Assembly (NCBI GenBank): GCA_951406725.2 | Contig: OX597816.1 | Coordinates: forward strand, 163,308,001 to 163,372,000 | Reading direction: 5' to 3' | DNA from: Octopus vulgaris | Taxonomy: Eukaryota | Length of the DNA stretch: 64,000 nt | Part shown: one piece after another, positions 43,640-57,400 of the stretch | Layout of the letters: each line of letters begins with the position of its first letter | How positions within the stretch are numbered: the first letter of the stretch is position 1 | The notes under the pieces: model-generated | What the model was told of the DNA's origin: nothing | Database searches by the model: none | The model's input: the letters and a program-made list of their open reading frames with translations, nothing else | Made by a program: the position numbers and the translations under genes

Positions 43640-44215
43640 AAGCTGAGGATCAGTGGAAAAGAGAACACCCATGCTGATCTATTGAGAAATCTGCAGTTAC
43701 TCTATCCAGATTACAAGTTCAGGTTTATACCTGTAATTATTGGGGCCCGGGGATATGTAACACACTGCCTAAATACCAATCTTGAGAAATTAGGTTTCTC
43801 AAAACCAGAAAGGAGAACGCTAATTCGTAGACTACAGATCCAATCCGTCACTGGAACTGTAAAAATGTGTAATACTTTCCAGAAGTTTATCATTTAAATA
43901 TATATGAGCATGTCTACATGTGCAACTATATGGATGGGAATACGTATATAAAACATGCAAATCTGCACATACATACAAAAATACTCTGTTGCTGATGTTG
44001 AAATTCCAATGAAGGAGCCTTAGATCTAGGTTAGAAACCAGTTCTTTCTCTATTGGCTAGAAATCTTGAAATAAACTGATTAATGACATACAAACAAAAA
44101 TACCCTGTTGTTGATGTTGAAATTCTAATGAAGGAGGTTTAGATGTTGGTTAGAAACTCACTCTTTATTGGCAAGAAATCTTGAAATAAAACTAAACATT
44201 GACATACATACATAC

Positions 44216-44246
<31 letters not shown>

Positions 44247-44375
44247 CATACATACATACATACATACAAAATACCTTGTTGTTGATGTTGAAATACATAC
44301 CTTGGATCTAGTTTAGATATCGGCTCTTTCTATATTGGTAAGAAATCTTGAAATAAAACTGAACAATGACATACA
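43638..44375 (+). mobile_element. Dong/R4-like 3' end in (CATA)n, with the terminal ~115 bp present three times
   Basis: [38 protein letters not shown]..; units 43977-44090, 44095-44205 and 44267-44372 each end in GACATAC; (CATA)n upstream and between units. Confidence 0.85.
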
Positions 44376-45400
44376 TAGCATCACGAAAAGATATGTTCTG
44401 TTGTGGAAACCAGCTTCCCTCTGGACAGCAATGTGGTTAGGAAAATGCAAAGGAAAAAGGAATCAATACAGTTAATAAGTATGACCTTGCCTTCGTCCAC
44501 TTTTGCCTAGTCTCGTGGATTCGCTGTCCTGCTTTCCAATCTGAGATAGAATCATACTTGCTAGACATCCCCTAAAAAAAAGGGCAAGCTATGTTATCTT
44601 TGAAATATTTGAATGCTAGATCATTTGAAGCTTGTTACAACCACACCATGCTAATTCCTTGCGTATCAGGAAATCTTTCTTGAACAAGACACGTATCGAT
44701 CACTTTGATCGTCTATATATCTGGCTTCCCATAATGCCTCAAGAATTCCCATGCTCATTTCCCTGAAAGACCGCAACAGGTTTTCAAAGCTGTTTTTAGT
44801 TTGGCCAGAAAAATCCATTCATACTTATAAAGGTATGTTGAAAAAATTACATTTTGCATCAAACTTCTCGGTTTTTCCAGCGTACCAGCGTCATGATTTT
44901 CAAATAGAATATACCACGTGTTCAGAGCCCGTAGATTGCTTGGAGACACAAGGCGTTATAAAATTCTCCCTATACACTTGTCTTCACCACAAAAGAACTA
45001 TTAGCAGCTCGAATCTTTATAATGTGTACATTAAATGACATATATATAGTTATATATGTGTGTGTCTGTGTGTCTGTCTGTTTGTTTGTGCGCTTATGTT
45101 TACAATTATGTAGGTATGTTTGCATGTATGTATATATTAATGATCGGTTCTTATGTCAAGTTGTTTATGAAATAATTTAACATTAAATTCAAGGGTTACT
45201 CAATTCTTTCAAGTAGATGGTCGACAGTGACTCCGAAGTTTCAATTTGCTTTCTTTCGTCATACTCCCTGTGAAAGTGGAGTAATTCAGGTGGTATATAG
45301 TGTATATGTGTGCGCGTATGTATACAAGTATACATGTGTATCTGTCTGTCTATCTATGTGTATATCTTTCTTTATTTCTCTCTGTCTCTTCCTCTTTCAC

Positions 45401-45540
<140 letters not shown>

Positions 45541-45802
45541 TACACATGCATGCATGTATGTATGTATATTTGCTGGAAAAGTATAAGTAAATATATAGTC
45601 CTGCATTTATATGAGTGTATTTGTATGCATATTTAAACGGTTCGGTAACCGAGAACGATAAAATGAGTCCCATATTTAAAACATATAATAAGTACGGAGA
45701 TGGATTCGTTCGGCTAAAATTCTTGAGAGCCGTGCCCCAGCTTGGCCGCTGTGTGTACTTACATGCGTGTGTGTCTGTGTACTTACATATGTGTGTCTGT
45801 GC

Positions 45803-45874
<72 letters not shown>

Positions 45875-47937
45875 GAAATCAGACATAAATTGATGTGTTG
45901 AAATATTTTTGTGGCGCACACTCCGTCTGAGTTTCGTTCATTCACACCGAAGTGGACGTAGCCATTCGATAAAGGAAGATCAATAAGCTAAGTACTCGAC
46001 AACGTTACGATATAAACGACTTAATCCATTGTATTTTTTGCCATAGCATGGATGCAGTCCAGTAATAGAATAAAATAGAACAAAATAAAATAAAATAAAA
46101 GAACATCATGAGCTTCACCTTTCCATTTTAATTCCTGCTTGTCTTATATTCTTTGAAACCATTCTCCTAAAAACGATGCCCAGCAAATTACTTGTATAGT
46201 ATATCTCTGCGATGTATGTCTGACTTACCAGTTCCCCTATCTAATATAACTAACTACATTTGGAGCAGAGTTGACAGAACTCTGCCGTCTATTATTTGAT
46301 AGCATTGTAAATTCTGTTGTTATTTTCCATCCCTTTTGTCTTGGAGGCTTTTGTTTTGCTACCCTTCACAAGACCAACAAAACTATAGATTATAAAACGT
46401 GAGCATCGTTGCGTAAACTTTTGGTAATATTTATTGATACGTATTGGTTTCGATTAACTCAAATTATTCCCCTCCTAACGACCAAAGTTCCATTCCATGC
46501 TCATTGTCCTTACAACCATTGCAAATTCTTCCTTTTAAACCGTTATAATCCATTACGTTTTAGTGGTTATTGTCTATGGAATTAGGAGGGTCCAGTTATA
46601 TTGCTATCGTTTTTTTTTTATTACTGTTATACAGTTATATTTTTAAAGGGTCTTTTTATCTCTATGATTGATTTGGTTTATTGCATTTCTGTTTCCCTTT
46701 CTTTATGCTTGCTTCTAAAGGGTGATCCTTCAATACGCTTTCGCTTTGTTATTCAAAGTTTTAAACTTTTACTTTCCGGCACAAAATTGTTCTATTCGTT
46801 TACATTCGTTAAATCCCTTGCTGCTGCTTTTTTTCTCTCTCCCTCTCTCTCTCTCAGTCTACTCTCGATATGGTGAATCAATGGTTTACTTGTAGATACA
46901 AGACTATAAGTTGTTTAGTAAAGAGACATCAAGAAGTTTTCATTTTACTGTAGGATTCTCGCTGGACAGTAAATCATTTAAACAACACAGAGTTGCCTTT
47001 CAACGTCTTACTTTTTTCTCTTAAGTTCTCCTTTGATGTTTGACATCACAGATTTAAATTCTTCCTTCTGAGCATTTCATAAACAATATTTTTTTCGATC
47101 CAGTGAGTAACAGTTTATTGAAATTTAGGAGTAGTTTTAAGGCTAAAAAAATGATGTTTCCTTTGTATATCAGAATGGTAAAACAAATGCCAAGAGACTC
47201 ACCAGTGACATTGGTCAGTGGTCCGACATACTAGCAAATACTATGAAATCGTTCTATAAGCTCAATGAAACATTTCATAGCGATGACATAAAAGTAGATC
47301 TTACGAGCTTAATACTATAATGTGACCTACGCTGATTTCAAACCCATTCACTAATAAAAGCCACAGAACCATTCCATATAAAGCCAATACGATTTATGCA
47401 AAGATAAAGGACTTTAAATAATACATGGTCGAATGTTTTCCATCTCTAAACTGCAAGTAACTTGCTAACAACTGAATGTATATTAATGTATATTAATGTA
47501 TATTAATATATATATTGATGTGTATTAATTCGTTTTCGGTTCCGTATTTCTAAAGTGATCATTATATAATCAAATGTTCTTTTGTTAATGTTTTGTTTTT
47601 TTTCTTGTTTTGATTTATTGTTACCAAGCCCCAAGGAGGGACCTACAGAATGTGTATAAGTAAATGAGACAAACAATTATAGATTTGATGCTTTTGCGTC
47701 AAACAATGAACTGCTCAGCATTAGAATTACGTACTTATAGTAAATATAGTGGGTGGGTCACAAATGATCGTCACAAGCAAGGAGAGAAATATGTTCCAGC
47801 AACTGGATTTGAACTTACAAACACTTCCGTTTATTGTGTATTATAGTAACGACTTGACCTTTAGTCGCTTTACAGAATGTATACAGGATACTGACATACT
47901 GGAAAAGGAATTTCTCCTCTTTCATAATGCTGACATA

Positions 47938-48357
47938 ATTACTTCTTTATTGCCCAAGAGGGGAGCTAAGCATGGAGGGAACAAACGAGGACAGACAAAG
48001 GGATTAAGTCGATTACATCGACCCCATTACGTAACTGGTACTTAATTTATCAACCCCGAAAGGATGAAATGCAAAGTCAACCTCGGCGGAATTTGAACTC
48101 AGAACGTAAAGACGGACGAAATACCTATTTCTTTACTACCCACAAGGGGCTAAACACAGAGAGAACACACAAGGACAGGCAAACGGATTAAGTCGATTAC
48201 ATCGACCCCAGTGCGTAACTGGTACTTAATTTATCGACCCCGAAAGGATAAAAGGCAAAATCGATCTCAGCGGAATTTGAACTCAGAATGTTATGGCAGA
48301 CGAAATACAGCTACGCATTTCGCCCGGCATGCTAATGATTCTGCCAGCTCGCCGCCT
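47938..48357 (-). mobile_element. SINE family A, head-to-tail dimer
   Basis: Two tails (47938-48125, 48126-48357) with one complete head; TSD-like ATRATGCTRACATA on both sides. Confidence 0.85.
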
Positions 48358-48660
48358 ATGATGCTAACATATTGAAAACAATTTCTTTTCAACAGGACAG
48401 TTGTTTACAGTACTGAGTACAGGTAAACTGTGCTACATCCGTACGTCCCAAGTAAAAGAGTGCTGGATGTAACAAACGCTGATCAGGGAGTTTATTTCTC
48501 TTGGTTTTCTTACATAGGAGAGTATCAAAATTATAAGACAAGTAGGTATATGTGTATGAGTGTCAAAGATTTGGAGGGATTTTTGTTGGTCAGAAAAAGA
48601 AGAGGAAAGAGCTTCGTTTTTTTTTCTTCTTTTGTAAATTCTCACTATATGTATATATAT

Positions 48661-48873
48661 GTGACCGCGTATGTACCGTTGGCGATGTTTTTTTTTTCCT
48701 CCGTCTTCCCTTCTTTGGATCTTTCCTTTTCCTATGTTTCTGACGAAGAGCTCCGCTCGAAACGTTAAACCCTTCTTCTTTCCTTCTTTCCTGAGCGTCC
48801 AATAATACTATATTTGTTCCACGTCCTCGCGTTGTTGTGTTTTCTCTTTTTGTTTTCATGTTTAGATTAACTT
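48661..48873 (+). mobile_element. Hammerhead-containing Penelope-like pLTR segment flanked by (TA)n
   Basis: ~210-bp unit GTGACC..TTAACTT, repeated in inverted orientation at 52014-52214; partial relative at 37420-37500. Confidence 0.75.
48736..48770 (+). ncRNA. Minimal type I hammerhead ribozyme with intact core
   Basis: GTTT-CTGACGA-A-GAGC-TCC-GCTC-GAAA-CG-TT-AAAC: stem I GUUU/AAAC, stem II GAGC/GCUC, self-complementary AACGUU in place of stem III, GUU cleavage triplet. Confidence 0.8.
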
Positions 48874-49256
48874 TATATATATATATATATCTTTGACTAA
48901 ATGCGGTGCTGCAGCATGGCCACAATCAACTGACTGAAACGTTTGAAACAGAGTATTATAAATATTTCAAAGCTTTCATTCGTATGTACATATGAATATC
49001 GAGCGTGTGTGTGTGTGTGCGAGTGAGGGCATGCGCGTTGGTGTGCACCTACTTTTGTGTATACACTCGCCTGGAAGCATATGCGGGCGCCCATACTGTA
49101 TGCGTTTTGTTGTCATTTGCTTAGAAATATTTTGTTCGCCATATTCTTTGTGTATGTGTATGTGGGTAAGGTGGGTGCACTTGCCTGTAAGAATATGAAA
49201 ACTGATCACACTGCATTTACTATACCTGCTCATATGTGACATCATGTATAAATGCA

Positions 49257-49290
<34 letters not shown>

Positions 49291-49372
49291 TGTGTGTGGG
49301 TGTGTGCGTGTGCTTTCACATACATTTACATATATACATATGTGCAATCTATATATGATTATACAAACATTC

Positions 49373-49680
49373 GCGGAGGCACAATGGCCCAGTGGTTAGG
49401 GCAGCGGACCCGCTGTCGGAGGATCGCGGTTTCGATTCCCAGACCGGGCGTTGTGTGTGTTTATTGAGCAAAAACACCTAAAAGCTCCACGGGGCCCCGA
49501 CAGAGGGTGGTGGCGACCCCTGTTGTACTCTTTCGTCACATCTATCTCTCACTCTCTCTTCCTGTTTCTTGAGTAACGCTGCGATGGACTGACATCCCGT
49601 CCAGCTGGGGGGGAACACATACGTCACAGAAATCGGGAAACCGGGCCCATGAGCCCGGCTAGGCTTGAAAAGGGCGACGT
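49373..49680 (+). mobile_element. SINE with family C head and a different (V-domain-like) body and tail
   Basis: 14-bp TSD TTATACAAACATTC at 49359-49372 and 49681-49694; GCTGCGATGGACTGACATCCCGTCCAG resembles the V-SINE central domain. Confidence 0.85.
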
Positions 49681-49816
49681 TTATACAAACATTCAATACT
49701 TAATGCCAGAAAACAGCTGGACTGACTTCCATTGAATATTGCGCTGTTATCGAAAGATTCAAGTCGTATTCGCTCTACAGAGAGTAGAAACAGCAAACAG
49801 CTTCAATATAAAAACT

Positions 49817-49985
49817 GGCACTCCGTCGGTTACGACGACGAGGGTTCCAGCTGATCCGAACAACGGAACAGCCTGCTTGTGAAATTAACTTGCAAGTGGC
49901 TGAGCGCTCCGCAGACACGCATAACCCAGAACGTAATTCTCGGGGAGATTCAGCCTGACAAGGCTTTTCCTTTGAAATACGGGTA
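49817..49985 (-). mobile_element. SINE family C, 3' part
   Basis: GGCACTCCGTCGGTTACGACGACGAGGGTTCC as at 10290. Confidence 0.8.
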
Positions 49986-50812
49986 TTACTCTTGTACTAA
50001 TTATTACCTAAAGTGCCAGAAACTACTGTCGCCAAAGCAAGTTGTATGTCCAGCCAGCTGTGACAGATCTTCTGCGTCCAGACAGCTACGCCCAATCGTC
50101 TCATTCCGATCCCAGGAGTGGTAATCCCTCTCCCTCTCTTACCATATCAGTCAATGCTAATATCTCAAATGTAACGGAAACAACCATTAATAACCTCCTC
50201 ATAAACCTTGAATATTTCTCCCGCATTCGTAACTCCAAATATCTGACATATGACCAAATCTACAGGAAACCTACATTTTCATGTTGCCGATTTGAGGGTT
50301 TTCGCTTTAGAGAAGTTAGTGCAAGCAGTCTTGCGACTCTCAAACACACGCCAACCTCTTGTTCACACGCATACTGTCTCCTATTTCCTAGCATATTACT
50401 ATGCCTTTTGATGAACAAAATTGCCACTCCGCTCTTCCCTCTTGATGGTAGTCTCTCCTTGACCCGCCATCTATATCATAGTTCTCATATTATTTTTAAG
50501 TAACATTATTTCTTATATGATAAAGTTTTCGAATCAGTGCACCTTTCAAATTCAAGATCTTAACAATGAGAAAAAAATGCTTTTGCGTCAATATACTAAA
50601 AGCTAGGACCTATTTCCCCTTCACTCTTTATATGCACGTCCAGTTAAACGCAGGTCGGGTTTTTCCCAGATTTACTCACGTATTCATCCAAATGGATTCT
50701 ATTGATATAAGTGGCATTGACAAGTTTTTCAGCTAAAAATGTGTATTATTGGGCAATTTCTTAACTCACTCACACTCTAAGAAGATTTTCTGAATAAGAA
50801 TACACGTACACA

Positions 50813-50905
<93 letters not shown>

Positions 50906-51107
50906 ATTGAGGTAATCAGATCAGATGGTTCATATTTGTAGATATTTATTTATATATTACATTTTTTACATATATATCATATCATTCGGATTAGCGCTTG
51001 CTCCCATTCTAGTGGGTTTTCAAATCAAATCAGTTGTGGGTAGTTTGAACCTTTTTATAGTTTCGTAGTAGTAGGTGAGGAGGAAGTGAGACAGAGAGAA
51101 AATATGT

Positions 51108-51161
<54 letters not shown>

Positions 51162-51369
51162 ATTTATATCTGAGAGTGAAGAAGTGTTATTTCCGTTGGT
51201 CTGCTGGACCCCCTGTGGTTTTATAAGAACTTTGGCTGTCCATTTCAATGTCACTGAGTGTGTGTTGTGCATAGGTTGGCCTGGCAAATGTCATTTGGGG
51301 TCACACTTTCTATGATCATTCTGTGGAGGTGTGTGTGTGTGTGTGTCTCTGTGTGTCTGTGTGTGTTTT

Positions 51370-51423
<54 letters not shown>

Positions 51424-51786
51424 CATATATATACATATATATAAAACATATACATATATATATATACATATATATGTAATACGATTAAAAAATTCCACGG
51501 GACAACAAATGAACACGTGGAAATTTCACACCCAAGACGTGGACATGCCCTTTCCTCATGAGTTATAGTCTGAAAGACATAACAAATTCAGGGCTTTAAT
51601 GATACAATTGTTCATTTTGATGGCGGCAACAGTAAAAAGTTGCTAGGAATAAATGAGCGAACATAAAAGATGGTGACAAAACCAAACACGACACAGGCTG
51701 CTGATACAAATATAAAGTCATATACAAAATAAAGATCGTAAGGTTACAGACACACATATACATACATACAGACAGACATACATATA

Positions 51787-51835
<49 letters not shown>

Positions 51836-51946
51836 AATGTATGTATGGATATGTATATATGTAAATATGTGTATATATGTATACATATATATGTATGTAT
51901 ATGTATATGTATATATGTGTATATATGTATGTATATATATATATGT

Positions 51947-52013
<67 letters not shown>

Positions 52014-52017
<4 letters not shown>

Positions 52018-52214
52018 TAATCCAAACAAGAAAACACAAAAAACACAACAACGCGAGGACGCGGAATAAATATAGTATTATTGGACGCTCAGGAAAGAAG
52101 GGAAGAAGGTTTAACGTTTCGAGCGGAGCTCTTCGTCGGAAACATAGAAGAAGGAAAGATCCAGAGAAGGGAAGACAGAGGAAAAAAAATCGCCAACGGT
52201 ACACACGAGGTCAC
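52014..52214 (-). mobile_element. Second copy of the hammerhead-containing segment (motif 52109-52143, core CCGACGA)
   Basis: Reverse complement of 48661-48873 with scattered substitutions; U4 changed to C in the core. Confidence 0.8.
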
Positions 52215-52230
52215 ATTTTATATATATACG

Positions 52231-52580
52231 TGGCGCAATGGCCCAGTGATTAGGGCAGCGGACTCGCGGTCGTAGGATCGTGGTTTCGATTCACAGACCG
52301 GATGTTGTGAGTGTTTATTCAACTAGAACACTTAAAGCTCCACGAGACACCGGGAGGGGCTGGTGACGAACCCTGCTGTACTCTTTCATCACAACTTTCT
52401 CTCACTCTGTCTTCCTGTTTCTGTTTTCCCTGTATTTCAAAAGGGCCAGCCTTTTCACACTCTTTGTCACGCTGAATCTCCCCGAGAACTACGTTAAGGG
52501 TACACGTGCCTGTGGAGTACCCAGCGCGTTAATTTCACGAGCAGATTGTTCCGTCGATCGGATCAACTGGAACCCTCGTC
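52231..52580 (+). mobile_element. SINE family C
   Basis: GGCGCAATGGCCCAGTGATTAGG..; tail ..CCGACGGAGTGCC. Confidence 0.88.
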
Positions 52581-53259
52581 GTCGCAACCGACGGAGTGCC
52601 ATGAGGATGAGTTATTTCCAAACATCTTTGAGCATGTTCTTTGCAAACACCTCCTATTTTCCCTTTTAATCGTTGCTACTAATTTTATTCCAGTATATAT
52701 TAACCCTTTTTATCAATTTGTTTGGGCCATAAACAATGGACAGAGGTTTCAGGAATGATTCTTCCCATCCGGTTCACGTGATCAAGTTAATGCTTCAAAC
52801 CAGACCGCATTGCCAAACGCATTTGACACTCCTGAATTTTTCTTTTGTTTTTTCTTTTATTTAAAAAAAAAACAGACCAACATTTCAAATATTACACTAA
52901 ACAGATCCATTTCTTCCTTTTCAAAACGACTAGTTTCTCCGGTTTTCTTCTAATACATGGCTTTTTTCTACAGTGGTTGACTTGCAACTATTTAATCGCA
53001 GCGATAACAACATCAATGTAGCTGGTGTTGGGAACATTGCTTAGACCATTGGCACACCATCTTCATATGAACAAAGCAAAGTAAAAAAAATAAATAAATA
53101 ATTACAGCAAACTCAGCTTCCTGAAATTCAAATGATGCGCCCCATGTTCCGCTAAGTTAACATCACCCCTTTATAGTTGTATGAATGTATTACTAGGCCC
53201 ATATTTTTCAGAAATAAATCAGCTTATTGATTAAAGCAATATCGCATAGAAACACATAA

Positions 53260-53304
<45 letters not shown>

Positions 53305-53327
53305 GCTATTATTATTATTATCATTAT

Positions 53328-53362
<35 letters not shown>

Positions 53363-53484
53363 CATACATACATACATACACATGTGTATACATATATAAA
53401 GGTGTGTGTGTATATATATATATATTGTGAGAGATGAAACTATATATATATGTATATATGTATATATGTATATATATATATATT

Positions 53485-53526
<42 letters not shown>

Positions 53527-53956
53527 TGTGTGTCTATGTATATACGTATATATGTGTGCATGTGTGTGTGCATAAGATCTTGGATATGCATTCAACTATG
53601 CATTTGCATATGTGTGTGGTTGTATGAGTGTGTGCATACGATTGCGTGTTTGTGTAAGCATATATATGTGTGTGTGTGTATGTATATATGTACATATATA
53701 TGCACGTGTATACAGATATGTGTGTGTGTGCTTGGGTGCGTGCGTACTCACACATACAACACACATATATACAGTCGCACATAAATATGCATGCACACTC
53801 ACACTAACAAACATACACACACATATAGGTGTATATATATATGCATCTAGTTTAGTACATATGTATATGTATATCTATTTACATACATGTGAATGTATGT
53901 ACGTATGCATGTAAACATATACATCGATATATATACAAACATAGCCATATATATAT

Positions 53957-54004
<48 letters not shown>

Positions 54005-54047
54005 GTATATATATATATGTGTGTATATATATATATATGTATGTGTG

Positions 54048-54099
<52 letters not shown>

Positions 54100-54382
54100 C
54101 ATACATACATAGAATCCCTTATATATGTGCATGTATACATCGGCATAAACATGATTAGTGCATCATCTGGGATATTAAATGCTGACGAGTTAGAATTTCT
54201 ATGAGTCGGAATTACGATTGAACATTGCTAGGCGAACGCAGACTGATGCCAAGCAAAGCGAATTACCATTTTATCTCTGCTGGCATCTTCCAGCTATTTC
54301 CGATGCAATAACTGTTACTGCAACAACATTCTTCATTTCGCTGAATAATTTAAACATTATAGGAAAATAAATTCGAAGTGGA

Positions 54383-54438
<56 letters not shown>

Positions 54439-55011
54439 CATACATACATACATACATATATATGTATATACATATATATATATACACATACATACATGCA
54501 TACATACATACATACATGCGCGCACACACAAACACACATACACACAGAGACATATAAACATATATATATATATATATAAACATATACATATGTATCTCCC
54601 ACCGTGTACACTTTCGTACATACATACATATACAAACACACACACACACACACATATCCATATATATACATCTCTCTGTCGTTCCCTCTTTTTGATTTAT
54701 ACACACAAACACACACAGTCCCACATATACATATATTTATATATATAAACACAATTTCATTCACATACATTTATATACATACATATACACGGACATACAA
54801 ATATATATATATATATATATATATATGCATACACACGCACACGTATGTGTATATGTCTGCATGTATCTTTGCATATATATATATACACACACCAGTACCA
54901 ATACATATGTATTTACAAATATAGAAAATACGGTTTTTTATTTGTAAATTTTCTTGTTTTTGTCAAAATTTATTTTGGATTTTATTTGTTCTCTCATCCC
55001 CACTTGCCCAG

Positions 55012-55052
<41 letters not shown>

Positions 55053-55251
55053 CTCCTTCTATATATACCTCTGTCTATTTCCATCTATCACTCTTTTCCT
55101 CTTCCCCCCTCCCCCCACTCTCTCTCTCTCTCTTTTCTCTCTCTCTCTCTCTCTCTCTCTGTATCTCACATGATTTTTTATATTTTATGCGATTCTATCA
55201 TAAAAACCCACCAGTCAGCATCTACTCATGCTTGAGTATGTTTGTGCATGC

Positions 55252-55296
<45 letters not shown>

Positions 55297-55601
55297 TATA
55301 CATGCGTATATATGTGTGTGAGTATATGAGAGATATTGGTATGTGTGTATGGGCGTATATGTGTGTGTCGGTGTTTGTCATTTGCGAGGGAATGTATGTA
55401 TAATCATGGCCTGGCATGTTCGTAGGACCATGTATCCGCACTCATATATCCACGCCTGTACGAGTAGACACATGCACACACATGCACGTGCACATATATA
55501 CTTCGGTGCGCGTATACATTCATAACATACATAAATGCACCGATATGCGCAGGTGTTTAATTTACATACTTGCGCTCATGTACATACATATATATATGTG
55601 A

Positions 55602-55661
<60 letters not shown>

Positions 55662-55664
<3 letters not shown>

Positions 55665-55830
55665 GGTTCATAGCTTTGTGGTTAGAGCAGCGGGCACGCG
55701 GTCGAGGGATCGCGGGTTCGAATCTCAGACCGGGCGATGAGTGTGTTAATGATAGAAACACCTAAGCTCCACGCTGTTCCGGCAGAAGGTAATGGCGAAC
55801 TTCTGCAGACTCTTTTGCCACAACTTTCTC
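55662..55830 (+). mobile_element. SINE family C, 5' part
   Basis: GTGGTTAGAGCAGCGG..GGTTCGAATC. Confidence 0.7.
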
Positions 55831-55854
55831 TCCTTGTTACTCTCCTTGTTTTTT

Positions 55855-55892
55855 TTTTCTATAGAAGACCGTTGGCTCGAAACGTAAAATAC
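55855..55892 (+). ncRNA. Decayed hammerhead-like motif in Penelope-like segment (55850-55980)
   Basis: CTATAGA-A-GACC-GTTG-GCTC-GAAA-CG-TA followed by TTCCTGAGCG..TAATAC, as downstream of the 48736 motif. Confidence 0.4.
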
Positions 55893-56079
55893 TTTTTCAA
55901 TTCCTGAGCGTTATACTAATACATCTGTTTGTTTTGTACACCACCTGTCTACGTCTTTTGTTTTTTCGTGAACTCTCCCTGTATATATATATATATATAT
56001 TCTGTTGTGTCTGGGGAGAGTGAATCTCTTTCAGCGCCTTATAATTTAACATATTTCGCTTAGATTATCATCAAAGGTT

Positions 56080-56830
56080 ACAGAGAGCAAGGTCTGGACT
56101 GTAGGTAGGGCGAAGGAGAATTCTGATGCCCATGTTACTAAAGTAGCTGGTTACCGAGATGAAATTGTTGGGTGGTACATTGAACTGGTGCTGACTGTCA
56201 TGCCTTTTGCGTGAAATATCCCTGAACTTCCTCAAAACCACCACAAAGTACTTTTTATTGACCGTCTTGCCACAGAGAACTCAGCGGATGTAGATGATGC
56301 CCTTACTGTCGAAAAAGAGTATTATCGTGAGCTTGCAGGTAGATCTGCTTCGCCTGGCCTTTTTACCAACAAAAAAACAGATGTTCTACTCATACAAGTT
56401 AATCCATAACAAGAGCACTCAGAGAGCGCAAACCTCCGCCAAGGCAACACCAACATCCTCTCAACGATTAAACGGAGATGATTTTAAAATAGGAATATCT
56501 GAAATAAAATCGACTGCTCTCATATTATTAAAAATGAACCCGACCACTCTCAGAAATTAAGTAAAAAAAAAAACGAAAAATAATCCAGAATCCTTGTCCA
56601 GTATCGGATCGATCCCAAAATCTAATCAATTCGTGCCAGTCACAAGGCTAAACATCCCTGAAAGTTTCATCCGAATCTATTGAGCGATTCTTGAGATATC
56701 TTGTCCACGGACAAACAATCAAACAAATACGACTGAAAACGATACCTCCGCCATCGCTAAGGCAGAGGTAACTAGTCTTGAGCATTTTATACATTTCTGT
56801 AACGTTTTTGCCCAGTATAACGCGCTTCCA
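56080..56830 (-). mobile_element. Degenerate mariner transposase, split by a Helentron-type insertion
   Basis: Minus: LGKNVTEMYKMLKT (N-terminal) and KARRSRSTCKLTIILFFDSKGIIY..GKTVNKKYFVVVLRKFR (mariner core). Confidence 0.75.
56408..56771 (-). mobile_element. Non-autonomous Helentron-associated element (HINE/DINE-1-like)
   Basis: Minus: 5' TTACCTCTGCC with adjacent inverted GGCGGAGGT; 3' subterminal GGCGGAGGT then stem-loop GCGCTCTCTGAGTGC, ending CTTGTT; no TSD. Confidence 0.7.
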
Positions 56831-56985
56831 GGTTGTCTTCACGTCCCGACCGATTTCTCAAAACCAGTCAGCTCTGACAAGCAGTGTTTTGTGAGGTATG
56901 TCCAAAGTGGTGTTGCGGATGTTTCCTTCAATCGAGAATAACGAAAGGCGGCAATTCTGCATATTTTTAAAAAACCCTATCCATA

Positions 56986-57400
56986 GGCGCAGGAGTGACT
57001 GTGTGGTAAGTAGCTTGCTAACCAACCACATGGTTCCGGGTTCAGTCCACTGCGTGGCATCTTGGGCAAGTGTCTTCTGCTATAGCCCCGGGCCGACCAA
57101 TGCCTTGTGAGTGGATTTGGTAGACGGAAACTGAAAGAAGCCTGTCGTATATATGTATATATATATATGTATGTGTGTGTGCTTGTGTGTCTGTGTTTGT
57201 TCCCCTAGCATTGCTTGACAACCGATGCTGGTGTGTTTACGTCCCCGTCACCTAGCGGTTCGGCAAAAAGAGAACGATAGAATAAGTACTGGGCTTACAA
57301 AAAGAATAAGTCCCGGGGTCGATTTGCTCGACTAAAGGCGGTGCTCCAGCATGGCCGCAGTCAAATGACTGAAATAAGTAAAAGAGTAAAGAGTAAAGAG
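56986..57400 (+). mobile_element. SINE family B, full length
   Basis: Head, TA/TG tract and tail (GAGTAAA)n. Confidence 0.9.

Noticed and set aside
50042-50750. 153-aa ORF as a host exon
   Set aside because: No recognisable domain; downstream DKVFESVH-like string suggests a decayed LINE RT, too weak to call.
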